Assembly (NCBI GenBank): GCA_052279835.1
Contig: CP181291.1
Span: 2,400,001-2,464,000 of the forward strand
Length of the DNA: 64,000 nt
Direction of reading: 5' to 3'
From: Microcoleus sp.
Lineage (GTDB): Bacteria > Cyanobacteriota > Cyanobacteriia > Cyanobacteriales > Microcoleaceae
Shown piece after piece: positions 1 to 10,414 of the stretch. Below the pieces are notes generated by a model, which saw only the letters and a program-made list of their open reading frames with translations, did not search any database and was not told the DNA's origin. The position numbers and the translations under genes are program-made. Position 1 is the stretch's first letter; each line of letters starts with the position of its first letter.

Positions 1-149
1 TCGCGCGACATCCGATCGAGGATTTGCCGGTGGGATAAAGGCTAGTAAAAACTTTCACACGATCCTAGCGTCTTTCTGCATAGCAGGAACAGGTAGGAGG
101 GTATTTGATTTTTTACCAAGATTTAATTTAAGTGCCTGTTTTTCGGTCA

Positions 150-740
150 CTATTCTAACTGTACCGCGCCCTGTCGCAAGATTTTCCAACCACTGCCAGT
201 CCATTTAGCAACCGTGGAAGGAAGACTCGAAGCTGTGGCTATGGTTGGTAATTCCGAAGGCTGTAAAGTCAGGACTTCGGGAAACTGGGCTTCAATTTCT
301 GCCATGGACTCCAGAGGGGGTTGGCCGGACAAATTGGCACTGGTGGTAGCCAAAGGGCCTGTCTGCTGTAGAATTTTGCGCGCCAGGGTACAATTTGGGA
401 CTCGCAATCCAATTGTAGTCGGGTCGATCGGATTCATAGCCACGGGTACTTTTGCTGAAGCTGGGAGCACCAAAGTTAAGGCCCCCGGCCAAACAGATTG
501 CGCGACTTGTTCCCACACTTGGAAATCTGCTGGACTTCCGTCCACGTAGCCCCACAAATCTTCTGCTGAGGCTGCCATCAAAATCAGCGGTTTGTCTTGG
601 CTGCGCCGTTTAGCGGCAAAAATCAACTCGGAGCGATCGGGCAAGGTGGCCAAAGCGGGTACAGTATCAGTGGGAAAACTGACAATAGCAGTGCCAGAAA
701 TTGCTCTTTCAACGAGGGTATTCATCGAAACTTGAGTCAT
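150..740 (-). CDS. tsaC: L-threonylcarbamoyladenylate synthase (Sua5/YrdC family)
   Basis: FPTDTV, KxR...KPL, WPGALTLV and TTSANLSG motifs. Confidence 0.92.
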   Translation of the reverse strand: MTQVSMNTLVERAISGTAIVSFPTDTVPALATLPDRSELIFAAKRRSQDKPLILMAASAEDLWGYVDGSPADFQVWEQVAQSVWPGALTLVLPASAKVPVAMNPIDPTTIGLRVPNCTLARKILQQTGPLATTSANLSGQPPLESMAEIEAQFPEVLTLQPSELPTIATASSLPSTVAKWTGSGWKILRQGAVQLE

Positions 741-780
741 CGGATTTGAGATTTTTTAGTCATTAGTCAGTTGTCAGTAG

Positions 781-2181
781 TCAGTTGTCAACAATCATAT
801 CAGTCCTCAGCCGATCGACTACTCTATTTAACTCCATCGCGTGAGAGGCCTTAAATAAAAGGCGATCGCCTGTTTCTACAAACTCCATTAAATGCCTTGC
901 TAGCACATCGTGAGCATTTTCCGCCGAAATATCTTCTATTTCCACCAAAGGCAAACCAGCAGCACCACTCGCCATCGCCACAGCTTCTTCAAAATCAGCA
1001 AACACAAACAAAGCATCGACATTTAAGTTTCGGGCTGCTGTTCCCACTTGTCTGTGAAATTCCAGGGATTTATCGCCCAATTCTTTCATTGTTCCCAACA
1101 CGGCAATCCGCCGTTTTCCTGGAGTATCCGCCAACAGTCTCAAGGCCGCCAACATTGACTCCAAACCAGCATTATAAGTCTCATCCAAAATCACAATATC
1201 CTTTGGTAATTCGTACTTACGCGCTCTCCCATCAGGTAATTGTACAGACAAACCTTGCTGGAAAACTTGCCAATCAATATCTAATACCTTGGCTACAGCC
1301 AAAGCTGCTAGATAATTCACAGCATTGTGCCTTCCTGGTAGAGGTAGTGGCAATTCTATATCTTCAATCCGCATTGAATTATTGTCGATGAATCCGCCAC
1401 GCAAATCTCCACCTTCTAAGCCGTAAGTCAAAGTTTTTCCTGACCAAACTTGGGTAGCTGCTGTGATTAATTTCTCACTATCATGATTGAGAATAGCAAT
1501 ACTGGCTGCTGGCATTTCTGCTAACAATTCGCATTTAGCCGTCGCGATCGCCTCCGATGACCCCAATCGCCCAATATGTGCCGTTCCCACATTTGTAATT
1601 ACTGCTACCGTTGGGCGGGCAATTTGCGCTAACAGCGCAATTTCACCAAGTCCCCGCATTCCCATCTCAATGACGGCATAATTGTGTTTTGGCGACAGCT
1701 CTAACAGGGTCTTTGGTACTCCAATTTCATTGTTATAGTTCAATTGAGTTTTGAGTACATTCCCTTGGGTTGACAAAACTGCTGCAATCAATTCTTTAGT
1801 AGTGGTTTTACCTACGGAACCCGTAACCGCAATTACCGGTATACTGAATTGGTCGCGCCACCAACGGGCGATCGCCTGATAAGCTGTTAAAGTATTGTCA
1901 ACTCGCAATAGGGGAAAGTTAGGAACTTTTCCTTGCCAATCGCGATCGACAACCGCCACGATTGCCCCCAAATCCCTGGCTTTTTCCACAAATTGATGCC
2001 CGTCAAAATTTTCTCCCCGCAGTGCCAAAAATACCTCTCCCCCCTGAATAGTCCGCGTGTCTGTGGTAATACCAGTGCCTAATGTTGTCAACACAGCCTC
2101 AGAGGCAACAGGCAAAGCTACGGTTAAAATTTCAGCAAGTTGGGAAATAGTGACGCGACAAACCATATTACTAGCACTCAC
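781..2181 (-). CDS. murF: UDP-N-acetylmuramoyl-tripeptide--D-Ala-D-Ala ligase
   Basis: DTR, GENFDGH, VTGSVGKTTTKE P-loop, NNEIGVP, DETYNA, KASH. Confidence 0.95.
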   Translation of the reverse strand: MSASNMVCRVTISQLAEILTVALPVASEAVLTTLGTGITTDTRTIQGGEVFLALRGENFDGHQFVEKARDLGAIVAVVDRDWQGKVPNFPLLRVDNTLTAYQAIARWWRDQFSIPVIAVTGSVGKTTTKELIAAVLSTQGNVLKTQLNYNNEIGVPKTLLELSPKHNYAVIEMGMRGLGEIALLAQIARPTVAVITNVGTAHIGRLGSSEAIATAKCELLAEMPAASIAILNHDSEKLITAATQVWSGKTLTYGLEGGDLRGGFIDNNSMRIEDIELPLPLPGRHNAVNYLAALAVAKVLDIDWQVFQQGLSVQLPDGRARKYELPKDIVILDETYNAGLESMLAALRLLADTPGKRRIAVLGTMKELGDKSLEFHRQVGTAARNLNVDALFVFADFEEAVAMASGAAGLPLVEIEDISAENAHDVLARHLMEFVETGDRLLFKASHAMELNRVVDRLRTDMIVDN

Positions 2182-2532
2182 ACTTTAAATACTCAATTTC
2201 AGCACTCGCCGCCGATCGCCAGACCTCAAAATTAACTATGTGGGGGCTGTCGATCGGGATTTGCTTTAACAATCGTAATACTAAATCGCCCTCAGACTCA
2301 CAAATCTCTAACTGGGGGTCTACATTTGCGAGCAATTTTTTACCTAAAATAATGGTGATTGAGGCCTTGCGAGGCGCTAAGAATTTGTGTCATGCTATTG
2401 TTAGTAAATAGTTTAATTAGACAAAAAAGAGCGATCGGCCCACGATGCTGACCACTGCTGCCCCAAAGCTTTGGGAATCCAGCAAATGCCTTAATTCAAT
2501 TCAGGTGCTTCTTCAGCTAATTTATCGAGCCA

Positions 2533-3870
2533 ATGGCGCTGCAACATCTTGCCCAATTTCGGAGGGTAAAAAGAGTGAATAATACCTGGAAAGACAGTTA
2601 CAGCCGATCTAGCTACGAAGCTGAACAGCTACTTTATCAGCACTGGCTGAATCTGGTACAAGTAGAACAACCAGCGGAAATTATCCATCGTTTTCGCACT
2701 TTATTTATCAATTGTGAGAACTATCCCGATCGGGCGATCGTCGAGGCTTTGGAAAAAATCGCCACCTCAAAAGATGCAGAACCAGAATTCAAGTACATCC
2801 TCAACCGCTGCTGTCACATCGCCATCAACCGCTGGCAAACCTACCCCAACAAGCAAGCGGCCATCCCGGAATTGATCGCTGTATTTGAAGGGGTTCCCAA
2901 GGTCATATTTGGATACAATCGATCGCGGGCGATCGGTCAAATCGCCAAATTAGTCAATCAATTTACCACCAGCGAACAGTACCTCGCCCTCAAACGCTTA
3001 TCCAAAGTCATCCTTCACGGCTCAGAAGAGGGTAACAACAGCAAAACCCCCACTAACCTAGCCCTGGGAAGCTTAATTCCTCGCTACCCATACCTTTACA
3101 CCCACTGCCTCCTCAGCGACGACAGCAACTACGAACAACAAAGAATCATTAAAAAAATCCAAGCCCGAAAGCAACAGCAATTTGAAATCAACCTCTCCCA
3201 ATACGTCGCTCACCAAGTGAGAAAAATGCAAATAGCTCGCCGGGGAACCTCGGTTTCCTTTGGCAGGCTTATACAAAATATAAACAACCCCACGCTTTTG
3301 AGCGACACTGAACTGTTGTTCGCTGTCAAGCAATTTGTCGGCAAAGTAGAAGGAGGCAATACTTACAGACACCTAGCGAACAGTTTTCTTGCCCACACTA
3401 GCCAAAGTCAGTCCTACGGTTCTTTTAAAGATGATTTATACGAATACTTGATTTCTGGTGTCACCAACCACCGCTACGGTCAAGGTCAATTTAAGGAAAA
3501 ATTGTATAAGCAATTACAAAGTACCTTTCCCCACAGCGACTCTCAGAAGTTAAACGAATGTTTAATGATGAGAACTTGCAGCCAGTTATTGAATTTTTTA
3601 GTAGTAGAGAGTCAGAAACGACCCAACCACTTTGTCTTCATTGACCTCATCTCCAATCTCGGCCCCACGGAGACTACAGGTTTGCTGCTGAAAATTGTAC
3701 TAATTTGCGGCAAAGTCAAACCCTACCTAGAAAAGCGTTTGGCAATTTTGTTCGGTCACTACGAGTTTTCTGCCAGAACAGGTGTGATGTGGTTAGTGAA
3801 AGCCCTAGAAAACCTGAATTTAGCTTTGAGTACCAACTTTGGCAAGGTAGACCTATCTTTCCTGCCGTAA
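2533..3870 (+). CDS. Cyanobacterial hypothetical protein (start may be GTG at 2575)
   Basis: Long 445-aa ORF; no catalytic motif recognised. Confidence 0.7.
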   Translation: MALQHLAQFRRVKRVNNTWKDSYSRSSYEAEQLLYQHWLNLVQVEQPAEIIHRFRTLFINCENYPDRAIVEALEKIATSKDAEPEFKYILNRCCHIAINRWQTYPNKQAAIPELIAVFEGVPKVIFGYNRSRAIGQIAKLVNQFTTSEQYLALKRLSKVILHGSEEGNNSKTPTNLALGSLIPRYPYLYTHCLLSDDSNYEQQRIIKKIQARKQQQFEINLSQYVAHQVRKMQIARRGTSVSFGRLIQNINNPTLLSDTELLFAVKQFVGKVEGGNTYRHLANSFLAHTSQSQSYGSFKDDLYEYLISGVTNHRYGQGQFKEKLYKQLQSTFPHSDSQKLNECLMMRTCSQLLNFLVVESQKRPNHFVFIDLISNLGPTETTGLLLKIVLICGKVKPYLEKRLAILFGHYEFSARTGVMWLVKALENLNLALSTNFGKVDLSFLP

Positions 3871-3947
3871 ATAGGCTCGGCGCCACTAACTCTTGAAACC
3901 TACTCATCAGAGACTATTCTGTGTTAAAATACCAAGTGTGAATTAGA

Positions 3948-4058
3948 TTCGGTTGTAGGCTTTGTTCATTGCTACAGAATTGTCTAAAAACTTGCCCTTC
4001 TGTATCGGCAGGGAACTCTCCGAAACTGAAATCTTTGCACTGTCTAAATTTTGGAGTT
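3948..4058 (+). promoter_or_regulatory. rbp-type 5'UTR boxes (TTCGG.., TCTCCGAA able to pair with the TTTGGAG ribosome-binding region)
   Basis: TCTCCGAA at 4017-4024 is complementary to the TTTGGAG just upstream of the start; resembles leaders of cold-regulated cyanobacterial rbp genes. Confidence 0.5.
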
Positions 4059-4065
4059 ATTTCCC

Positions 4066-4398
4066 ATGTCGATATACGTCGGTAACTTATCCTACCAAGT
4101 TACCTCAGAAGACATCACCTCCGTCTTCGCCGAATACGGAACCGTTAAGCGAGTACATCTACCTACCGACAGAGAAACAGGTCGCCCTCGCGGCTTCGGT
4201 TTTGTAGAAATGTCAAACGATGCAGAAGAAGATGCAGCCATTGCTGCTCTCGATGGAGCAGAGTGGATGGGTCGCGACCTCAAAGTTAATAAAGCCAAAC
4301 CCCGCGAAGATGAAGGTAATCGCTCCGGCGGCAACCGCGGCGGCGGTGGTCCTGGAAAATTTGCTCGCGGTGGAGGAGGAGGCGGACCACGTTATTAA
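4066..4398 (+). CDS. rbp: RRM RNA-binding protein with Gly-rich tail (Rbp family)
   Basis: MSIYVGNLSY (RNP2), RGFGFVEM (RNP1), Gly-rich C-terminus. Confidence 0.95.
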   Translation: MSIYVGNLSYQVTSEDITSVFAEYGTVKRVHLPTDRETGRPRGFGFVEMSNDAEEDAAIAALDGAEWMGRDLKVNKAKPREDEGNRSGGNRGGGGPGKFARGGGGGGPRY

Positions 4399-4485
4399 TT
4401 TCCTCGGACGCAGATTTGATATTGGAGATTTCCGATGAAGGGCACCTAGCTCCGAACCGCCTTCTGTTCAAATCTCCTGCTTTAC

Positions 4486-5638
4486 CAAAAATTTGGGTTT
4501 AAAGCCCCGTCCTTTTAGGACGGCTTTGATTTCCGGTAAATACAGGCTAAAGCCAAGGGTCAAGCCCTTGGCTTTTAGCTATCAGTTTTTTTTTGTTGAG
4601 ATGGCAGAGTCTTGCTCTAAACTCAGACTCTATAGAGCGATTGGCCAGAACCCCGTCCTTGCAAGGCCCGGATGAAGGCTAGTAGCAGCTTTTAAGCTGC
4701 CCGTCATCCGTTGAGTTCTGGTTCTGGTCATTGTATCTACAAAATGCTATAATACTTTGTAGAGAGAGACAAGAACCATGCTAAATCTCAGTTACGAGTA
4801 CAAACTAAAGCCGACAGACGGGCAGATTGCTCAAATCGAACGAACTCTGGTAATTTGTCGTAAAGTTTGGAACTACGCATTGAGAGAGCGCAAAGACTGG
4901 ATTAACTCTCGTAAATGTCCGATTAATGCTTGCTCGCTCGATGGCGAGTACATTATTCCTGCCGATGCTCCCTACCCAAATTATTATATTCAGGCGGCGG
5001 GGCTGACAATCGCCAAAAAGTTGTTTCCCGAACTCAAAACGGTTAACGCTCAAATGCTTCAACAGGTGTTAAGAAAGCTGGAAACAGCCTTCCTAGACAT
5101 GAAGCGCAAGGGAATGGGATTTCCGAGATTTAAGAGTAAATACCGAATGCGGTCGTTTGTTTTCCCTCAAATGCTGAAAAATTGCATCCAAGGAAATAGT
5201 ATTAAACTCCCACAGTTTGGCATTGTTGAATTCATTAAATCAAGAGAGATTCCGCTCAATTCTGTCATGGGTATGCTGGAAACAGGGAATACATTTCGAG
5301 AAAGTAAACAAGGATTACACTTCTCAGGTCTGTCCGAATTGTAATAGTCATACTGGCAAGAAATCTTTCGATGAACGAGTACATAATTGCCCTGAGTGTG
5401 GGTATACTACACATCGAGATGTAGCAGCGGCTCAAGTTATTCGGAATCGGGGATTGTCGGCGGAGGGACGCTTCGTAGACATTAAAGAAATTGCCTGTGG
5501 AGGCGGTCTGACGGGGACTGGAAACGGTCTAGTTAAAAGCCAAAGATACAGGAAGAAGAAAGCATGAAGGCACGGTCTGGGCCAGCCTTCATGCAACCTT
5601 TGAGAATCCCCGCCCATTCATGCCGGGGAGTCCGTCAA
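4486..5638 (+). mobile_element. Non-autonomous IS200/IS605 (IS608-like) element with broken tnpB and no intact tnpA
   Basis: TTAC target (4482-4485), then CAAAAATTTGGGTTT-AAAG-hairpin left end; right end GAAT-CCCCG..CGGGGAG-TCCG-TCAA ending at 5638. Confidence 0.85.
4778..5567 (+). pseudogene. tnpB: TnpB with internal deletion and frameshift
   Basis: N-terminus YEYKLKPT...GFPRFK in one frame; C-terminal YTSQVCPNC..CPECG..HRDVAAA Zn-ribbon/RuvC-III in another; RuvC-I/II region missing. Confidence 0.88.
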
Positions 5639-5916
5639 TCGTCTGGTTCGATCGTACTACTCAATCCGTGATTGTTGAGCGTTTCGCTGTAAAACTCAGC
5701 GTGTTCTAGGGCACACACAATCACCAGTCCCAGCCCGTTGGTGTGAGCTTCCATCATAATATTCACAGCCTGTGGCTGAGTCAGACTCGGAACCGTCTGC
5801 ATCAGAGTCTGCACCACGTACTCCATCGGGTTGAAATCATCATTGTGCAGCAGAACGCGGTAGCGGGGTGCAAGCTTACGGACTGTTGAAGGCTTTACAA
5901 TAATTTCGACAGACAC
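5635..5916 (-). CDS. clpS: ATP-dependent Clp protease adaptor ClpS
   Basis: YRVLLHNDDFNPMEYVV, MMEAHTNG, EHAEFY. Confidence 0.95.
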   Translation of the reverse strand: MSVEIIVKPSTVRKLAPRYRVLLHNDDFNPMEYVVQTLMQTVPSLTQPQAVNIMMEAHTNGLGLVIVCALEHAEFYSETLNNHGLSSTIEPDD

Positions 5917-6214
5917 TACTTTGTATCCTCCTGGTGGGTAAAATGTTAAAATTTGTGAATAATCTTGAGCCGGATTCTTCCGCTGTGCAATGGTATCCGA
6001 CTTTCAGTTATTTTAATTGAATTGACATCCTGTGGGGTCATCAAATTCCGACAAAGTAGCCAAAAAGTCGATCGCCAGACGCAGATGCAGTTTGGCAAAA
6101 CTCCTGTCTCCCAAGCCTGTTACCGTGAGCGGGCGATCGCCGTACAATTAGAACACAAAAGATAAAAATAAAAAACTACTCCCTGGTAACTCTCCAAAAC
6201 CCACTGAAGCTTAT

Positions 6215-6817
6215 ATGAAACGCAAACCTAAACCCTACAACGACAGATTCACAGCCGACGCACCGCGAGGAGATGAAGACTCCGACTACTCAAGTCCCTT
6301 TGGCGGACAATCCCGACGCCCGGCTCCCTCTGGGAAACCTTCCTTCGTCAATTACACATCCTTGGGGATTTTAGCAGCAGTGTTCATTCTCGGCATTGGG
6401 ATTGGTATTGCCTTTAGCTCTACCGCTACCATTAGCCCAGAAAACGTAGCATCCCGCGAATTTATCGATCGCAGTGCCCCGAATCCCGAACTTTGCGTAC
6501 AGTTTGGAGCCAGCGCGATGGTGACAGATATGCGCGCCTATGTCACCCTCAACCCTTTCAACGTCTACATTTCACAGCCGACAATGCGTCCTGGTTGCGT
6601 GCTCAGAACCAATAACTGGGCAATTCTAGAACAAAGAAAGCTCGTCAGCCAAGACCAAGTACGCGAGTGCAAAAATCGGATGAACACATTTGGCTTCACC
6701 GGTACTTTGGAAAGTCAACCGGATATCAATTGTATCTATCAAAACGATAGTGCCAAAAACCTGTTTATCAACCAGCCCGGTTCCGTGGCTCCAACCACAG
6801 ATAATCAGAATTTCTAA
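6215..6817 (+). CDS. DUF3172-like cyanobacterial membrane-anchored protein
   Basis: One TM helix followed by NVASREFIDRSAPNPELCVQFGASA. Confidence 0.75.
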   Translation: MKRKPKPYNDRFTADAPRGDEDSDYSSPFGGQSRRPAPSGKPSFVNYTSLGILAAVFILGIGIGIAFSSTATISPENVASREFIDRSAPNPELCVQFGASAMVTDMRAYVTLNPFNVYISQPTMRPGCVLRTNNWAILEQRKLVSQDQVRECKNRMNTFGFTGTLESQPDINCIYQNDSAKNLFINQPGSVAPTTDNQNF

Positions 6818-6993
6818 GGTGAGGTCGCTCTCCCGTTATCCCCAAGGGTTAGCGGGAGAGTGACCCTCTATAGTTTTTCGTCAGGACTTGAGTCCTTAAG
6901 TACGGATATCTCACCGATTTCACGTCTGCAACCGGGCTGCCCACAGGCGAGAATAGACTGTAAATTATATATGTATCGCATAGTAATGGTCTT

Positions 6994-7977
6994 ATGTACA
7001 AGCAACTAATTTCAAGAATCAAACCGCTTTTGAAATCACTATTTGCGATCGGGCTGGTACTGACACTAGCCCTGGGTAACGCTGATGGAGCCCTGGCGGC
7101 CCGCAGCGGAGGACGCATCGGTGGTGGCTCTTTTCGGGCTCCAGCGCGCAGTTATTCGTCTCCTAGCCGCACTTACGCACCGTCTGGAGGGGGGTACTAC
7201 CCTGGTGGTGGCTTTGGTGGTGGCTTTGGTTTCCCGTTCTTGCTGCCCTTTTTTGGGTTTGGGGGCGGCTTTGGTGGTTTGTTCTCGATTTTGATTTTTA
7301 TTTCGATCGCGAATTTCCTCGTCCAAAGCTTCCGCCGCGCCGGGGGCACAGGCGAGGAAGAACTAGGTTACAGCACACCTACAAACGTCTCTGTGGCTCG
7401 TTTGCAAGTTGGTTTGCTAGCAGAGGCTCGCAGTTTGCAATCGGAACTCGACTCCTTAGCAAAAACAGCGGATACCGATACAGCAACGGGTCGCGCTCAG
7501 GTACTACAAGAATCTACTTTGGCGTTGCTGCGCCATCCAGAATACTGGGTTTATGCCGGTGCTGAATCTCAGCAAACTCGCTTGGAAGCAGCAGAAGCTA
7601 AATTTAATCAATTTTCTCTGGCAGAACGCAGTAAATTTACAGAAGAAACTCTCTCAAATTTTAACAACCAGCTTCGGGAATCTGGAAGCAACAATGTACT
7701 GCCAAGTGTGAAGGAAAATGGCGTACTGGTGGCTGGGGATTTGAGTCAAGCTCCCGGTGAATATATTGTGGTGACGTTGATTGTCGGTACCCTAGGCAAA
7801 CTGCAATTACCAGTAGTCAAAAATTCTGAAGATTTGCGCATGGCTTTGCGTCAAATTGGGGGAGTGTCTAGCGAGCAGTTGTTGGCGATTGAGGTGCTGT
7901 GGACTCCTCAAGCTAATGGCGATACTTTGACTGCTGATGATATGTTGGCTGGTTATCCCGATTTGCGATCGATTTAG
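6994..7977 (+). CDS. DUF1517 family protein
   Basis: ARSGGRIGGGSF, Gly-rich TM region, LALLRHPEYW, EVLWTPQ. Confidence 0.85.
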   Translation: MYKQLISRIKPLLKSLFAIGLVLTLALGNADGALAARSGGRIGGGSFRAPARSYSSPSRTYAPSGGGYYPGGGFGGGFGFPFLLPFFGFGGGFGGLFSILIFISIANFLVQSFRRAGGTGEEELGYSTPTNVSVARLQVGLLAEARSLQSELDSLAKTADTDTATGRAQVLQESTLALLRHPEYWVYAGAESQQTRLEAAEAKFNQFSLAERSKFTEETLSNFNNQLRESGSNNVLPSVKENGVLVAGDLSQAPGEYIVVTLIVGTLGKLQLPVVKNSEDLRMALRQIGGVSSEQLLAIEVLWTPQANGDTLTADDMLAGYPDLRSI

Positions 7978-7987
7978 TCAGAGACTA

Positions 7988-8018
7988 TGGGCGCGGTGAA
8001 TTGTGCCCCGCGCCCATG
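7988..8018 (+). terminator. GC-rich hairpin after the DUF1517 gene
   Basis: ATGGGCGCGG...CCGCGCCCAT inverted repeat. Confidence 0.5.
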
Positions 8019-8060
8019 ACAGGGGATCTATTTAAAAAAATTGTTTAACCAATGCTATTA

Positions 8061-8201
8061 TTGACAGATTATGCATCTAATTTTTTATAAAAAAACATTC
8101 GGTAAGCGGCAAACCTGCTGAGGCAAGGGAACCCTAGTAATAGGGATATTAAGACCGCAATGTCTTAAGAATCTCAGTCGCTTCAGCGCTGAGAGTGTCA
8201 A
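8061..8201 (+). mobile_element. Stand-alone IS200/IS605 right-end / omegaRNA-like structured unit
   Basis: Stacked short hairpins ending GAAT-CTCAG..CTGAG-AGTG-TCAA, same layout as the IS right end at 5604-5638; TTGACA at 8061. Confidence 0.55.
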
Positions 8202-8225
8202 AAAAAGCGATCGGGAGCTAGATTC

Positions 8226-8780
8226 ATGACCGACAGCAGTAGAAAAAAAGCACTTTTCATTTTGAGCCAGTTAAATAACGATGACATCAACTGGATAGTC
8301 CAAAAAGGTAAGAAGGAAATTATTGAACCCGACAGGATACTGATTCACGAAGGGAGACAAATCGATGCCCTCTACATTGTATTGAAGGGAAATTTGAGCG
8401 TTTTGCTAGAGGCGAAGGCTACTAAAGAACTGGCAAAAATAGGTAGCGGAGAATTGGTGGGAGAAGTTTCTTTTATTGATGCTCGACCTCCTTTGGCAAC
8501 GGTGAAGGCGATCGAAAAAACAGAGTTGTTAGCAATTCCACGGCGACAATTAATTATTAAACTGCAACATGATATGGGCTTTGCTTCCCGATTTTATTGT
8601 GGAATTTCTCTGTGTCTGGCTGACAGAATGCGCGGTACGATTAGACACATAGAGTATGGTCGTAATCTTGAATTAGAAAACTCGGAATTAGAAGCTGAGG
8701 ATACTAATCCGAGTGTGATGGAGAATTTGGGTCTAGCGCAGGCTAAGTTTAATTGGTTGATGGAAAATGTGAGGGGTTAA
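8226..8780 (+). CDS. Cyclic nucleotide-binding domain protein
   Basis: LYIVLKG, GELVGEVSF, ATVKA cNMP beta-roll; no HTH seen. Confidence 0.85.
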   Translation: MTDSSRKKALFILSQLNNDDINWIVQKGKKEIIEPDRILIHEGRQIDALYIVLKGNLSVLLEAKATKELAKIGSGELVGEVSFIDARPPLATVKAIEKTELLAIPRRQLIIKLQHDMGFASRFYCGISLCLADRMRGTIRHIEYGRNLELENSELEAEDTNPSVMENLGLAQAKFNWLMENVRG

Positions 8781-8847
8781 GGGGCTTAAAAAAGACCCAT
8801 TTTTTTAGTATAATTTGTTCCCCTTTGAGAAATTCCTGTGCTTGAAC

Positions 8848-8905
8848 TAATTTAGGGACAAGGCTACCCAAACAGTAAAATAGGGGTAGCTTTGTTCCTA
8901 AATTA
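8848..8905. terminator. Long hairpin between convergent genes
   Basis: TAATTTAGGGACAAGGCTACCC / GGGTAGCTTTGTTCCTAAATTA imperfect inverted repeat. Confidence 0.5.
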
Positions 8906-8928
8906 ACTTAAAGTTTTGAACCTGCCAA

Positions 8929-10414
8929 TTAAGGCAAATCCGTGCTCCCCATTAAATAAAGGTCGCACTCGCGGGCGACACCCCGCCCCTCGTTAATTGC
9001 CCAAACTACCAAACTTTGACCCCGGCGACAGTCACCAGCGGCGAACACTCCCGGAATGCTGGTTGTATATTTTTCGTGTTCGGCTTTGATATTGCTGCGG
9101 GCGTCGCGTTCCAATCCCATCGCATCCAGCAAGGGCTGTTCTGGACCTAGGAAGCCCATCGCTAGCAAGACAAGCTGGGCTGGTAGGACTTTTTCGGTGC
9201 CGGGGATGTGTTTGGGAATGAACTGTCCTTTTTCATTTTTTGTCCACTCCACTTCAACGGTGTGTACGGCTTTGACGTTGCCGTTTTCGTCGCCCTCGAA
9301 CTTGGTGGCGGTGGTGAGATAGCCGCGGGGATCGTCGCCGAATTTGGCTGCGGCTTCTTCTTGGCCGTAGTCGAGACGGTAGACTTTTGGCCATTCGGGC
9401 CAGGGATTGTTGGCGGCGCGTTCGGAGGGAGGTTTGGGGAGGATTTCAAGCTGTACCAGGCTGTTGCAGCCGTGGCGGATGGATGTGCCCACGCAGTCGG
9501 TGCCTGTGTCGCCACCGCCGATGATGACGACATCTTTGCCCGCGGCGGAGATGAAGTTATCGTTGGTGCTCTTGTCGAGAACTGCTTTGGTATTGGCGGT
9601 GAGGAAGTCCATGGCGAAGTGGATGCCTTTGAATTCGCGTCCTTCGATGCCTAAGTCGCGGGGTTTGGTGGCACCGGTACAGAGAAACAACGGAGTCGAA
9701 TTCTTTGAGCAATTGTTCTACGGGTAAGTCTTTGCCGACTTCGGTGTTGCAGATGAATTTGACTCCTTCGTCTTCGAGGACTTTGAGGCGGCGCAGGACT
9801 ACTTGTTCTTTGTCTAGCTTCATGTTGGGGATGCCATACATTAGCAGGCCACCGGGGCGATCGGCTCTTTCGTATACTGTTACCCAATGACCGGCTTTGT
9901 TGAGTTGGGCGGCGGCGGACAAACCGGCGGGCCCGGAACCGATGATGGCGATGTTTTTGCCGGTGCGTTTCGCCGGTGGTTCGGCGGTAATCCAGCCTTC
10001 ATCCCAGCCTTTGTCGATGATTGAGGCTTCGATGTTTTTGATTGTGACTGGCGGGTTGTTGATGCCGAGCACGCAAGCGCCTTCGCAGGGTGCGGGACAG
10101 ACTCGGCCGGTGAATTCGGGGAAGTTGTTAGTTTTGTGGAGTCTGTCTAGGGCTTCTTTCCAGAGTCCGCGATATACTAGGTCGTTCCATTCGGGGATCA
10201 GGTTGTTGATGGGGCAGCCGCTGGCCATGCCGCTAATCAGGTTTCCGGTGTGGCAAAATGGGATGCCGCAGTCCATGCAGCGCGCGCCTTGGCTGCGGAG
10301 TTTGTCCTCGTCCATGGGTAGGTGAAATTCATCCCAGTTGTGGACTCTCTCGACTGGTGAGAGTTCGGAGGGTAGTTCGCGCAAAAATTCGATAAAGCCT
10401 GTTGGTTTTCCCAT
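8929..10414 (-). CDS. gltD: Glutamate synthase small subunit; +1 frameshift at ~9686 (sequencing error or pseudogene)
   Basis: [33 protein letters not shown] in one frame; [23 protein letters not shown] in another. Confidence 0.9.

Noticed and set aside
8100..8135. c-di-GMP-I (GEMM) riboswitch suggested by GGCAAACC
   Set aside because: Lacks the GNRA loop and the GACGCAAAG junction; the 3' part matches an IS605 right end instead
9056..10325. Several overlapping alternative-frame ORFs within gltD
   Set aside because: Shadow ORFs of a GC-rich coding region with no motifs
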